Shown here in pieces: positions 25,501-38,802 of a stretch of DNA of 64,000 bases. The notes below the pieces were generated by a model, which worked only from the letters and a program-made list of their open reading frames with translations, searched no databases and had not been told where the DNA came from. Both the position numbers and the translations under genes were made by a program. Source of the stretch: Pristiophorus japonicus (lineage: Eukaryota); contig NC_091999.1 in the NCBI RefSeq assembly GCF_044704955.1, forward strand, positions 29,574,001-29,638,000, given 5' to 3'. The first letter of the stretch is position 1, and each line of letters begins with the position of its first letter.

Positions 25501-25914
25501 TCATGCAAATATATGCAATTATCGTGGCAAATTTTCATGCAATTTTTTAAAATTAAATTAGTTCCGATCCTGATGTTGTTGATCTGCTATACCCTAACCG
25601 CAAAAGTAATGATAGAAGTGGGAGCTGAGAAGGAATCTATAGAGCTGATGAAGAAGAAAGTGCTGAAGTACATTCGTGTAATTTTGGTGCTTCTTTTCTG
25701 CTTTGACCCTTATCACATCCCTGAACTGTATTTTGATTGTATTTTGAGATTAAGGATTTGCTAGATCCATCGAATCCATTCCCAGTTTTATTACAGGGGC
25801 AATAGTAAATTTTACAACTGGACCCTCCCTTCATTCATTGCCTTCCTCAATCCCTTGCTGTACCTTTTCAGGTCGCAGAGCTTTGAATGGCGATCGCGCT
25901 GCTGCACTGTGTAA
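22502..25914 (+). pseudogene. Intronless P2Y/PAR/LPAR6-type class A GPCR pseudogene, split by a CR1 (pieces 22502-22821 and 25355-25914)
   Basis: 5' piece: MDNAYDEVAQNKTIVLPCFLVLVLVSGIAGTSSVLW..SDVLLLDLMITDFL..INLYGNALFMTCIAI. 3' piece: DQY..VHH..IWVAVL..PILMLLICYT..KKVLKYIRVILVLLFCFDPYHI..LNPLLYLFRSQSF..CCTV*. Multiple stops and frameshifts. Confidence 0.82.
22822..25354 (-). mobile_element. HER1-like CR1 LINE (5'-truncated, internal deletion)
   Basis: GDGVALLVKEEI..SVWVELRN (endonuclease), [30 protein letters not shown]; (acatagaa)n tail at 22822. Confidence 0.95.
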
Positions 25915-26481
25915 CATGCTCGAAACAGTAACCCACACGCTCACATCAGCAGGGTCTGAATTAGAGTGTAAGAACTCACCATCTGCTTTTCCACATTAAG
26001 TACGGAGAGAATGTGCTGAAGACACGGACATCAGGAGCAACAGTGTTTGTCCAGTTGTTGCGACTGAGCAAATAGGCTACAAATTATAGCAGATTGAACT
26101 TGCCTGAAGTGAAATCATTCCAAACTTAGCTTATGTGTCCATCAAGAACGAATGATTACATTTATCTCTCAATGTTACGTACTCATAAATTTGTTTTCTG
26201 TTGATTTATCTTACCGCGTATCACTATAAGTACCGTTTAACCATATGCATATCTATCCAACCATCCATCAATTTCCATCTTTCTATGTATGTTGCTGTTG
26301 ATGCATCGATTAATATCTCTATCACAGAATCCTTCTACCATTATCTACATATTTATGTATCTCCATAATCTATCTATCTCTCTATCTAACTTTATTTATA
26401 TGTTGCTATCTAAATCTGTTTATCTCTCCATCTATCTGTATCCATCACTCCTTCTATCGATCTGTCTCTATCGAATATTAT

Positions 26482-26695
26482 TGGCCTGAATTTGCGGTCA
26501 GAGCTTTCCCATGGTCGAATGCCTCTGAACGACAAGAAAATACGAACCTAACTGATGGTCACGGAAGTTCGAACACTGGCGCTCCTGGGCCTCTACAGGT
26601 ACGCAGGCATAAACGTCCACATATCCCAGGGGTGCACGCGTTTAGCATGTGACCCTGGGACCATTTGGGCCAGGCCGACCAAACTTTTGGAATCA
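26482..26695. mobile_element. Non-autonomous DNA transposon-like (Harbinger-type MITE) end
   Basis: Begins ggcctgaattt, similar to the left end of the element at 38803; GC-rich. Confidence 0.4.
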
Positions 26696-26724
26696 ACAAA
26701 AGCATAAATAGGAATGTGCCTGTT

Positions 26725-29702
26725 GGACATGGCCAGAAAAAGCAGCAAACCTGAGGACTGGGAGAAACTTAAAATTCAGCAGAGGAGGACTAAGGGTCAA
26801 TTTCGGACCGTGGAATATAGATTATGAGAGGAAGCTTTCTGGGAACATAAAAACTGACTGCAAAAGCTTCTATAGATTTGAAAAGAGGAAAAGAATAGTG
26901 AAGACAAACGTAGGCCTCTTTCAATCAGAACCAAGTGAATTTATAATGGGAAACAAAGAAATGGCAGACAAATTGAACAAATACTTTTGTTCTGTCTTCA
27001 CTGAGGAAGACACAAATAACTTTTCAGAAATACTAGTTCCTCCATCTCGATGGTCTATCGAGAAGGAGGAACTGAAGGAAATTCTTATTGGACAGGAAAT
27101 TGTGTAAGGGAAATTGACGGGATTGAAGGCCGATAAATTCCCAGGGCCTGATAGTCTGCATCCCACGAGTACTTACGGAAGTGACCCTAGAAATAATGGC
27201 TGCGTCGATGATAATTTTCCAACAGTCTATCGACTCTGGATTAGTTCCTATGGACTGGAGGGTAGTTAATGTAACACCACTGTTTAAAAAAGGAGGGAGA
27301 GAGAAAAGGGGAAATTATAGACCAATTAGCCTGACATAAGTACTGGGGGAAATGTTGGAATCAATTGTTAAAGATGAATTAGCGGCATTTGGAAATCAGT
27401 GAAAGGAGCGCTCCAAGTCTGCATGCATTTAGGAAAGGGAAATCATGCTTGAAGAATCTTTTAGACTTTTTGAGGACGCAACTAGTGGAGTGGACAAGGG
27501 AGAACCAGTGGATGTGATGTATTTGGACTTTCAAAAGGCTTGTGACAAGGTACCACACAAGAGATTGGTGTGCAAAGTAAAGCACATGGTATTTGGGGCA
27601 ATGTATTGACGTGGATAGAGAAATGGTTAGCAGACAGGAAGCAGAGAGTCGGGTTAAACGTGTCCTTTTCAGAATTGCAGGCAGTGACTAGTGGGGTGCC
27701 ACAGGGGTCAGTGCTGGGATCCCAGATATTTACAATATACATCAATGATTTAGATGCAGGAATTGAGCGTAATATCTCCAAGCTTGCAGATGACACTTAG
27801 CTGGGTGGTGGTGTGACCTGTGAGGAGGATGCTAAGAGACTGCAGGATGACTCGGACAGGTTAGGTGAGTAAGCAAATGCATCACAGATGCAGTATAATG
27901 TGGATAAATGTGTGGTTATCCAATTTGGTGGCAAAAACGTGAAGCCAGAATATTATCTGAATGGTGGCAGATTATGTAAAGGAGAGGTGCAACAAGACCT
28001 GCGTGTCATGGTACATAAGTCATTGAAGCTTGAAATGCAGGTGCAGCAAGTGGTGAAGAAGGCAAATGGCATTTGGGCGTTCACAGCTAGGGGTTTTGAG
28101 TATAGGAGCAGGGAAGTCTTCCTGCAGCTCTACAGGGCCTTGGTGAGGCCTCTCTTGGAATATTGTGTTCAGTTTTGGTCTCCTAATCTGAGGAAGGAAG
28201 TTCTTGCTATTGAGGGAGTGCAGCGCAGGTTCACCAGACTGATGCCCGGGATGGCAGGACTGACATCTGAGGAGAGACTGGATCTACTGGGCGTCTATTC
28301 GCTGGAGTTTAGAAGAATGAGAGGGGATCTCCTACAAACATACAAAATTCTGACGAGACTGGACAGGTTAAATGCCGGAAGAACGTGCACGATGTTGGGG
28401 GAGTTCAGAACTAGAGGTCAGAGTCTAAGGTTGAGGGGTAAGCCATTTAGGACCGAGATGAGGAGAAACTACTTCACTCAGAGAGTTGCTCTCCTGTGGA
28501 ATTCTTTTCCGCAGAGAGTTGTTGATGCCAGTTCGTTAGATATATTCAGGTGGGAGTTGAATATGGAACTTATGGCTAAAGGGAGCAAGGGGTATGGAGA
28601 GAAGGCAGGAAATGGGTATTGAGGTGAACATAGAATCATAGAAACATATAAAATAGGTGCAGGAGCAGGCCATTCAGCCCTTCTAGCCTGCACCGCCATT
28701 CAATGAGTTCATGGCTGAACATGAAACTTCAGTACCCCCTTCCTGCTTTCTCGCCATAACCCTTGATTCCCCGAGTAGTAAGGACTTCATTTAATTCCCT
28801 TTTGAATATATTTAGTGAATTGGCCTCAACTATATTCTGTGGTAGAGAATTACACAGGTTCACCACTCTCTGGGTGAAGAAGTTTCTCCTCATCTCGTTC
28901 CTAAATGGCTTACCCCTTATACTCAGACTGTGACCCCTGGTTCTGGACTTCCCCAGCATTGGGAACATTCTTCCTGCATCTAACCTGTCGAAACCTGTCA
29001 GAATTTTAAACGTTTCTATGAGGTCCCCTCTCATTCTTTTGAACTCCAGTGAATACAAGCCCAGTTTATCCAGTCTTTCTTGATAGGTCAGTCCCGCCAT
29101 CCCGGGAATCAGTCTGGTGAATCTTCGCTGCACTCCCTCAATAGCACGAATGTCCTTCCTCAAGTTAGGAGACCAAAACTGTACACAATACTCCAGGTGC
29201 GGCCTCACCGAGGCCCTGTACAACTGTAGCAACACCTCCCTGCCCTGTATTCAAATCCCCTCGCTATGAAGGCCAGCATGCCATTTGCTTTCTTAACCGC
29301 CTGCTGTACCTGCATGTTAACCTTCAATGACTGATGTACCATGACACCCAGGTCTCGTTGCACCTTCCATTTTCCTAATCTGTCACCATTCAGATAATAG
29401 TCTGTCTCTTTGTTTTTAACACCAAAGTGGATAACCTCACATTTATCCACATTATACTTCATCTGCCATGCATTTGCCCACTCACCTAACCTATCCAAGT
29501 CAATCTGCAGCCTAATAGCATCCTCCTCGCAGCTCACACTGCCACCCAACTTTGTGTCATCCGCAAATTGGGAGATACTGCAGTTAATCCCCTCGTCTAA
29601 ATCATTAATGTTCAGCCATGATCTTATTTAATGGTGGTGCAGGCTCGAAGGTCCGAATGGCCTACTCCTGCAGCTATTTTCTATGTTTCTATGCTTCGAT
29701 GT
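26725..29702 (+). mobile_element. HER1-like CR1 LINE (host of nested CR1 at 28629-29607)
   Basis: RT motifs [14 protein letters not shown] and ORF 27888-28622; the 3' UTR resumes at ~29608 and ends in (ttctatg)n. Confidence 0.95.
28629..29607 (-). mobile_element. Nested inverted CR1 3' fragment
   Basis: ORFs 28729-29235 and 29205-29549; interrupts gaggtgaa|..|atgttcagccatg, which is contiguous in the 37.1-kb paralog. Confidence 0.93.
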
Positions 29703-29944
29703 TCCTACTGACCTGCTCTATCAGTTCCTCTCTACCTGGTTTTCAGAGATCACATTGTAGGTGAGCACCGTAATCGTGGAGCAGTTTGCGGACTTCTGCA
29801 TAGTATACTGACACAGTGCCCCGCCCCCCGCCCCCCACCCCTGCACCAGTTCCAGCACGTGACTCTCCTGCGCTTTCCGATTCTCTCTCCAACAGCTCAC
29901 ACTTTTGTCGTTGGTTATTTTCTACTGACCACGTATTTTCTGGC

Positions 29945-30400
29945 CTCGTGTCTCGACTTCGCTGCTAGCCACCTGTGACGGTATTTTCTGCATCTTCCCT
30001 GGGTCCCGATCTCCTTGTTGGTCCGTGCTGTACTTTTCCTGGTCACAACCTACCTGTTGGACCGTGCTGTACCTTCCCTGGGTCCCGATCACCCTGTTGT
30101 TCCGTACCTTACTTTCCTCGAGTACCGATATTGCTGTTGGCCTCAGCCTCCGACCTCACTGCTGGTTTGTGATGAACCTTCCCTGGATGCCAAATTTATT
30201 GCCTGTCTTGGCTTCCCGACCTCGCTTCTGCGCTGTGCCTCACGACCCTGCAGCTGGTCCGTGCTGTTTCTTCCCAGGGTCCCGACCTTACTGCTGACCT
30301 TGGCTTCCCAACCTCGCTCCTGCACTCGGTCTCCGGACCTAGCTGCTGGTCTGTGCTGTACCTTCCCTGGGTTCCGTAATCGCTGCTGACCCCTGCTAAA
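29945..30400. repeat. GC-rich ~35-45-bp minisatellite
   Basis: Repeated ccgtgctgtaccttccctgggtcccgacct; paralog at 37465-37990. Confidence 0.85.
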
Positions 30401-30599
30401 CCGTTCATGGGTCCTCCGATCTTCGCCGGCCATCGATTCCCACCGGTCCTCCGATTCTCCATTCCCGCCGTCACCCAGCAACTGGTGCCACGTATTTTTA
30501 CCGGGGTTTTACCCGTTTTCTTGCCAATCGCTGCCCGACTTGGATGGATTGGAGACACCCGGTGTTTGCGCCACACACACCTTGACACCCATGCAGCAG

Positions 30600-33500
30600 A
30601 GCCTCGTCTCCAATCATCTTGCATCCCCTTGCCATTGGACCAAGACTTAGTCTGTCAGGTTCGGTGGTAGCTCGTGTGCAAGGGACACACCTCAGTAATA
30701 TAATTCATGCAGGGGTATCTTCTAACCTTTAAAATGAAGTTCAGGACCTGAAAACTTTAGGACCCTCATGGACAATCCCAACATTAACATACTGTCATAC
30801 TGCTGCCATTGTCCGGGAACTGAGATGCTTCGACATCGACAACACTGCCCTGAGTGATACAAAGTGGGCAGGACAAGGTCAGCTCAAGGAACTAGGTGGT
30901 TGATACACATTCTCAAACGGCACACCAGAAGAATAACACCGTCTCAATGGGGCATACGCACCAACCCTGGAAACTACGGACACGGACAAAGAGGAATTCT
31001 ACTCCAGCCTGGAACAATCCCTGTCCCGACTCCCAATAGGCAACACGCTGATTATTCTTAATGACTTTAACGGCAGAGTTGCAAAGGACACAGACTTCAT
31101 GAGAGGGGTGATTGCCAGGGAAGGAGTAGGGAAAACCAACTCCAATGGGATCCTCCTCCTGAGGAATTGCTTATAACATGGTCTTGTCATATCCAACGCA
31201 TTGATTCGTCAGAATGACTACTACAAGGCCACATCGCAACAACCTCGTTCCAGGCACTGGCATCCGATTGAGGGACCACAAGGATGTCCGCATCACTCAT
31301 GACATGACAGGAGCTGTTGACTGCTGCATTGACCACCGCCTAATCCGTTCTATTATCTCCATCAATATAGCCTCAAAACAGCAGGGGCAACATAAATCCT
31401 GCCGTAAAAAATCAACATTGAAGGTCTCAAAGACCCTGTAAAGAAAGTACTAATCAGCCAACTGCTCACAGCCTACATAACGACTTCCAATCAACCAAAG
31501 CCGCAGAGTGTCCATAGTGCCTGTTCTGCCCTAAATCCACTAAAATTAGCATCTGCGAATAAACACTTGGCTACAATACCAGAAAATATCAAAACTGGTT
31601 CGATGCGAATGACCAAGAGATCCAGGAGCTAATAAACCGCAAACGCAAATCATTTCTGAATTGGAAACAACACCACAACTCGAGTGAAAGCAAGCAGTTC
31701 TAGAGACAACTAAAGGCTGATATACAACAAAAAACTCGTGACATAAGAACAGATGGTGGGTGGAAAACGCGCAGGAGATCCAGCAATTAGCTGACAATCA
31801 TGACGTGCGTGGATTTTCTTTAGCACAATCAAGATCACCTACGGGCCAAGCACACTGTCCGATTCTGCAGAGAACCGAGAATGGAGGAGTGCTCTTCATG
31901 GACAGAGAGGCAGTCATTAGCCACATGAAGGAGCACTTTGTGGATCTCCTCAACCAAGCCTCTGTCTTTGATGTGAGTGTCCTTGAACCCATCCCACAAC
32001 ATATAACCCGTCACCACATCGGTAAAATCCTGACCCAGCACGAGAGTGAAAAGGCTATCTGACAACTAAAGAACAACAAGGCATCAGGAATCCCCGCCGA
32101 AGCACTAACATATGGTGGAGTAATACACTTGGCGCGAATTCATGTCCTCATATCCCTTAACTGGAAGGAGGAGAGCATACCAGGGCCTCTCAAAGATGCC
32201 GTAATCGTGCTCATCTTCAAGAAAGGTGACAAGTCCGATTGCAGTAATTACAGAAATCCGCAGGGAATATTATCGCACAAGTCATCCTCAATTATCTCCT
32301 CCCAATGACTGAAGAGCTCCTCCCACAGTCGAAATGCGGATTCCACAAACTAAGGGGCACAATGGGCATGATATTCACCGTGTGACAATTCCACGAAAAA
32401 TGTATAGAGCTACTTCAATCTCTGTACATCGCTTACTTTGCTCTCACAAAGGTCTCTGAATCCGTCAACCATGAGGGATTATGGAGTGTCATTGTTGAAA
32501 AAAAATATGTAGTGGGAACCTAATTTGTTAATAAGGGGACCTAATTAAGTAAAGCTAAAAATTAAAAGCAAGTTTGTAAGAGAAAAAAATACGTGCTACG
32601 AACATAGGGAAAATGATAGAACTAGAACGCTCAGGAAGATATATCAACTTATCACAGTATAAACAAGACAGTTTGGAAAAATACATTCCAAGGCTAGGTT
32701 ATATGGGGTAGTAAGAGATTACGGGAAACAAAAGATGATTGAAGAATATCTCACCTGATTCAAAGCAGTTAGGCAAAGAGCAGAAGAGCAAAGATTGATG
32801 TGACACTTCACTTATCAGATAAAAAGTGCACAAGGACGTAACGAAGCTTGCTTTCAAAGCAATTGCATTAACCAATTAATATTTGTAATCGTAGTAGGTA
32901 GGCGAAAATTTTGTGATGCAGCAGGGAAACAACAAATGGAAAGCCTCTACATGGAACTTTATGATTTTGTATGTATTCATAGACAAACCTGTGTCGAGTA
33001 TCTTTTGTAATACTCCATATCAGTCATTCTCAAATTTGGATCTCCTCTGAAATTTGTCACCAAAGGATCTACTACAAACACAATATAAGTGCAGAAGCAG
33101 ATTAAGCAAGGCTGTGTCATCACAAGGACGCTCTTCTCAATCTTCCTCGCTGCAATGCTTCACATCATCTTTAAAAATCTCCCCACTGGTGTGTAGTTAA
33201 TGTAATGGACAAGCAGGAAATTGTTCACCTGTGACGCCTCCAGTACAGATCCAAGCTAGGTCCAGGCTCTTCCATTGAATTACAGTATTCAGACGTTGCT
33301 TGCTTTTGTGCACATTCGGAGCCCATACACCAAACCTTCATTGACACTTTCACTGGAGCATACGAGAGTGTGGGCCTTTCATTAAGCATCAGTATGACAA
33401 ACGTTCTCCAGCAACCCGACCCCGCTGCACAGTACTACTTCTCGATTATCAAGATCCATGTCGGGATCTTAGACAATCGGGACCACTTCCCATAACTTGG

Positions 33501-34275
33501 AAGCCTACTTTCAGCAAGGACAGACATCGATGACTAAGTCCATCACATTATTCAATGTGCCAGTGGAGCCTTTGGTCGTCTGAGGAAAAGAGTGTGCAAA
33601 CACCAAGATCTCAATCCCAGCAACAAGCAAATGGAGTAAAGTGCAGTGGTGGTATCCGCCCTCTTCTATGCTTCAGAGACATGAACTATGTACAGTAGGC
33701 ACCTCAAAGCACTGGAGAAGTAGCACCAATGCTTCCTCCGCGAGATCATGCGAACTTATTGGCAGGATAAGCGCAACAACATCAGGGGTCTCTCTCAGGC
33801 CAAATTCCCTTTTATCATGGCATTTAATATGCTCGATCAGTTCCGATAGACGGGCCACATGGTCCACATGTCCGATACTAGAGTTCCGAAACAAGCATTC
33901 TTCTCTGAGCTATGTCACAGCAGGCGAGGTCGAGGAGGGCAGAGAAAACGCTTCAACGACACCATCAAAGCCTCCTTGATAAAAATTAGCATCCCCACTG
34001 ACCCTTGGGAATCCCTGGCCCAAGTGGATCAGAAGAATCCTACAAGGCACCAAGGACTTCAAGTTTCTCCGCCGTGATCAAGTAGAAGCCAAGTATAAAG
34101 AGCGGAAGGAGTGAACGACAAATCAAGCACCCCACCCACCAGTCCCTCCAAAAACCCTCTGCCCCACCTGTGAGAGAGACTCTAAATCCAGCATTGTTCT
34201 CAGCAGTCACCTTAGAACCCATTTTAGTTTGGAAGCAAGTCATCCTCAACTCGGGGGTCTGCCTAAGAGAAGATA
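30600..34275 (+). mobile_element. Near full-length degraded RTE LINE
   Basis: MKF.T..RTLMDNP start, DFNGRV (endonuclease), KKGDKSDCSNYR, KQGCV, LQYSD, GHMVHMSDTRVPKQAFFSEL; tail ctgcctaagagaagataatag. Confidence 0.9.
32493..33022. mobile_element. Solo LTR (530 bp) inserted in the RTE
   Basis: TG...CA termini with a perfect 5-bp TSD GTCAT (32488-92 and 33023-27); the RTE sequence continues across it. Confidence 0.85.
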
Positions 34276-35214
34276 ATAGGAAGCCCCTAATAACAGAACT
34301 ACACACCTGTTAATTATAAATCAAGCAAAACATCAAAATGAATTAAAATACAATTAAAGTAAACATTTTAAACAAATATTAAACTTTTTGAAAAATAAAT
34401 GTAAACGTTTTCAAGAAGTTAAGTTAACATAATAACTTTTAAAGGTTTTATTATGTTTAAATGATTAAAATATATTTTAATAATAACTGCAATCTTACAC
34501 TGGTAAAATAAAACACTCTGCCTCCTTTTAACAGGTGCAAGATTTTCATGGGCATTCGCTAGGCAAATAGCCAAAATCTCCACCATCAAATGTCCATTTC
34601 CCAGGGATGCGGCCGATCTGTCAAGCAAAATCTTGACAGATTGCAATTTCTGTGTTTTCATGCATGCACATCACTCCCAGAAAGCTGGAACTTGCGTGGC
34701 ACTTATGGCCCCATTGGCACCATGTATGCATTAAATGCCACGGAAATTCCTGGCCATTATACTTATGTAACTCTATATATGTCTAAACCGTGTTGGAGAT
34801 ATTCCCACTGTTATGATGCTCATTATTTCTGCGAACCAATCACCAACTTGCCGTACTGGACACTGGGCAGGGGAATGGAGAGGGATTCACAAATGGGACT
34901 TGTTCTGGAATATTCTCTTGTCCCTTTGAAACCAAAGCAGGGCAGTACACTGTAGGATATGGGCAAAATGCAAGATCTGAAATGGAGGACTTGAAAGAAC
35001 CTGCAACGACCATCAGTCCATCAGCTTCACAGCAGCTGTCCAACGTTGTAGAGTTTGCTGACTATACAATGTACCACTTGCTTAAATTGTGGCGTAAATT
35101 TTACAAATTCAATGTTAATTTTTTTGATCAGTATGATAATTGATGCAAATTCAAAATAAATGGTGGAGTTTCAGAATAAATGTAACTTACGTTGATTGTA
35201 ATGTATTATATACA

Positions 35215-35869
35215 TGTTGAGAAAAAGCTGATGTGGCGACCTGGAGGGTCTGGAGCTGCCTTAAGGCGCTAATAGGAATAAGTAGCATTTCTTAATGTGC
35301 TGATATGTTGAGAACCTGTGATTATTCCATCACGTGCAAGTCAGAATGACATTTCAATGGATGCTGTAGCTATGTTAGTAACAAGCTATTGTCATCGTAA
35401 GGCATGACGTTTCGTTTGGCCATTTGTAAGCTGAACATGTTAAAACTGCAGGCTTAGCAGTTTAGAACAAAGGACAGAAATTTCAACTTGAGACTTCAGA
35501 TATGGTGGTTTAGAACCACCGAACGTGAGATGTAAATGTCTTGATACTGAAACATTTGAGATAACGGAAAGCATCTTCCAAAGCCTACGTGCGAGACTCT
35601 GATCGCTTTGTAAGAGACATGGGTGTATACATTAACCAGTCACATGGGCAGAGCCAACGGTTGAACAGCTGCTAGTCACAGACATATATGGATGTTTTTT
35701 ATCATTGTAAATTGTCAAGCTTACGCTTCCGCACAATCATTTATAAAACCTGATGCAATTGTGTCTCGGAGAGAGCCTTTGCTAATATTCTCTCCCCTGC
35801 ATGCTTGTAATAACGTTTCTCACATCATAGCCTGCCCACGACCCAGGGTAGTTTCTTTCCACATCAACA
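35215..35869. mobile_element. Possible solo LTR
   Basis: Short inverted termini (tgttga..tgatgtgg / ccacatcaaca) and LTR-like size; no clear TSD. Confidence 0.3.
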
Positions 35870-36246
35870 ACTGAGGAGTACTGTGAGGTAGGATGAGGTG
35901 GAGCAATTGGAATGATGTAAAACAAAAATCAGAAGCCACTATCAACCAGGACCCAGAGATTGTTTTTCACTCTTGAAGCATGCTGCCAGTGCGTCTGCCG
36001 TATAATACCGGAAATTGGGTTTTTGAAGTCCTTTTAATTGGACTCTGGATTTGTGGGACATGAATACACCAGAATTGTAAATTAGGCTATATTTTACTGT
36101 CTGATACAAGCATTATTTTGCTTTCGATGATTACTAGTCGAAATCACCTAGCATTTTATATAGTGACCAAGAAACAAGTGTAGTTCTCAGTTTAAATGGA
36201 GTTGGAAAGCTGAGGGAGAATTAAGATCAGAGATATGCAGAAATAA

Positions 36247-37230
36247 TTCATCAATGATATAGATACAGGAATTGAGAGTAATATCTCCAAGTTTGCAGAT
36301 GACACTAAGCTGGGTGGCAGTTTGAGCTGTGAGGAGGATGCTAACAGGCTGCAGGGTTAATTAGACAGGTTAGTTGAGTGGGCAACTGCATTAAAGATGC
36401 AGTATAATGTGGATAAATGTGCGGTTATCCAATTTGGTGGCAAAAACATGAAGGCAGATTATTATCTGAATGTTGGCAGATTAGGTAAAGGGGATGTGCA
36501 ACGAGACCTGGGTGTCATGGTACATCAGTCATTGAAGGTTGAAATGCAGGTGCAGCAAGCGGTGAAGAAGGCAAATGGCATGTTGGCTTTCCTGGCTAGG
36601 GGATTTGAGTATGGGAGCAGGGAGGTCTTGCGGCAGCTCGACAGGGCCTTGGTAAGGCCTCACCTGGAATATTGTGTTCACTTTTGGTCTCCTAATCTGA
36701 GGAAGGACGTTCTTGCTATTGAGGGAGTGCAGCGAAGGTTCACCAGACTGATGCCCGGGATGGCAGGACTGACATATGAGGAGAGACTGGATCGAATGGG
36801 CGTCTATTCGCTGGAGTCTAGAAGAATGATAGGGGATCTCATAGAAACATATAAAATTCTGACAGGACTGGACAGGTTAGATGCAAGCAGAATGTTCACG
36901 ATGTTGGGGGAGTCCAGAACCAGGGGTCACAGTCTAATGATAAAGTGTAAGCCATTTAGGACCAAGATGAGGAGGAACTTCTTCACTCAGAGAGTTGTTA
37001 ACCTGTGGAATTCTTTTCTGCAGAGAGTTGTTGAGGCCAGTTCGTTAGATATATTCAAGCGGGAGTTGATTATGGACCTTACGACTAAAGGGATCAAGGG
37101 GTATGGAGAGAAGGCAGGAAAGGGGTACTGAGGTGAATGATCAGGCATGATCTTATTGAATGGTGGTGCAGGCTCGAAGGGCCGAATGGACTATTCCTGC
37201 ACCTATTTTCTATGTTTCTATATTTCTATG
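36247..37230 (+). mobile_element. HER1-like CR1 3' half (duplicate of 27740-29702 without the nested insert)
   Basis: ORF 36397-37131 closely resembles 27888-28622 and is followed by the same unique flank. Confidence 0.93.
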
Positions 37231-37464
37231 TTCCTACTGACCTGCTCCCTCAGGTCCTCTCTAAAATGTTTTCAGAGATCACAGTGTAGGTGAGCACCTT
37301 AATCTTGGAGCGGTTTGCAGAATTGTGCATAGAATATTAACACTGTGCCTCCCCCACCCCCCGCGCCAGCCTCGCACCAGCACCAGCATGCGGCTCTCCT
37401 GCGCTTTCCTATTCTCTCTCCAACCGCACACACTTTTGTCGTTGGTTGTTTTCTAGTGACCACG

Positions 37465-37990
37465 TTTATTCTGGCCTCGTGTCTCGACCTCGGTACTGGC
37501 CTCGGGTCCCAGCCATGCTGCTAGCCTCCTGTGCCAAACTCCCTGATGGTCTTTTCTGTATCTTCCTTGCGTCCTGACCTCCTTGTTGGACCGTGCTGTA
37601 CCTTCCTTGGATCCCGACCACCCTGTTGTTCTGTGCTGCTCTGTACTTCCTCGTGTCCTGACCTCGCTGTGGGTCTCAGCCTCCCACCTCACTGTTGGTT
37701 CGTGCTGTACCTTCCCTGGGTCCCGAGCTTACTGCCGGCCTTGGTTTACCGACCTCGCTGCTGCGCTCTGCCTCCCGGCCCTGCTGCGGGTCCATGCTGT
37801 ACCTTCCCTGGGTCCCGAGCTTACTGCTGGCCTTGGCTTCCCGACCTCGCTGCAGCATTTGGACTCCGGATCCTGCTGCTGGTCTGTGTTCTACCTTCCC
37901 TGGATTCTGTCCTTGCTGCTGACCCGTTCTAAACCGTTCCTGGGTCCCGACCTCACTGGTTGTCCGTGCTGACTATTTCCTGGGTCCTCG
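37465..37990. repeat. GC-rich minisatellite (paralog of 29945-30400)
   Basis: Same gtgctgtaccttccctgggtcccga unit. Confidence 0.85.
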
Positions 37991-38802
37991 CGACCCGCCG
38001 ATTACTGCCAGTCCTCCGATCCTCGCCGGCAATCGTTTCCCACCAGTCTTCCAATTCTGTAGGCCCGCTGTCACCCGGCAACTGGTGCCGCATTTTCTTT
38101 ACCGGGATTTTTCCAGTTATCTTGCCAATCGCTGCCCGACTTGGACGGACTGGAGACACCGGGTGTTTGCGCCACATACATCTTCACCGACTGCCAGTGC
38201 GTCCGCCTGTATAATGCCAGAAATGGGGTTTTTGAGGTCCTTTTAATTGGACTCTTGATGTGTGGGACATGAATGCACCAGAATTGTAAATTAGAATATA
38301 TTTTACTGCCTGATACAAGCATTATTGTTGCTTTAGATGATTACAAGTGGAACTCACCTGGCATTTTATATAGGGCGCAAAAAACAAGTGTAGTGCTCAG
38401 TATAAATGGGGTTGGAAAGCTGAGGGAGAATTAGACCAGAAATAATTGCAGAAATAAGTCTTCTCCATTTTAAAGTTATACATGCTGCATTCGTTTCATT
38501 ATATTATGTTTTGGTTTCATGTTATTACCTTTAGGTAAATAACAAGAGTTAGTGTATTTTGGGAAGGAGAGAAGTAGATTTGTATCGAAAATCGGGCATT
38601 GCTTGCTGTCGAGGCGGGGAAGGCTAGAGATGCAAAACTGAGGCAGTACAGCGCCACCGCTATCGGGAGAGTGTAATCAAAGCGTGGCACGTTTGCATAA
38701 GCAGTTTCCATTATAAATGTAGAGATAGGAACATAAAATGCGAGAAGTTCGCACAAAGATCGCAAAGATATAAGATTTCTATGATATTATAGATAGATAT
38801 AT

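Noticed and set aside
27888-28622. 244-aa ORFs (also 36397-37131) as host genes or active LINEs
   Set aside because: C-terminal CR1 ORF2 fragments with upstream stops or truncation.
29739-29766. 14-nt micro-exon-like ttttcag|agatcacattgtag|gtgagc, also at ~37270
   Set aside because: Conservation is explained by the local duplication; no host gene is evident.
29975-30670. Overlapping Pro/Cys-rich ORFs (also 37453-38214)
   Set aside because: Products of a GC-rich minisatellite lacking stop codons.
37309-37347. RSS-like ggtttgc..cactgtg, plus cacagtg at ~37279 and ~29812
   Set aside because: Poor nonamer match and no adjacent V/D/J-like coding sequence.
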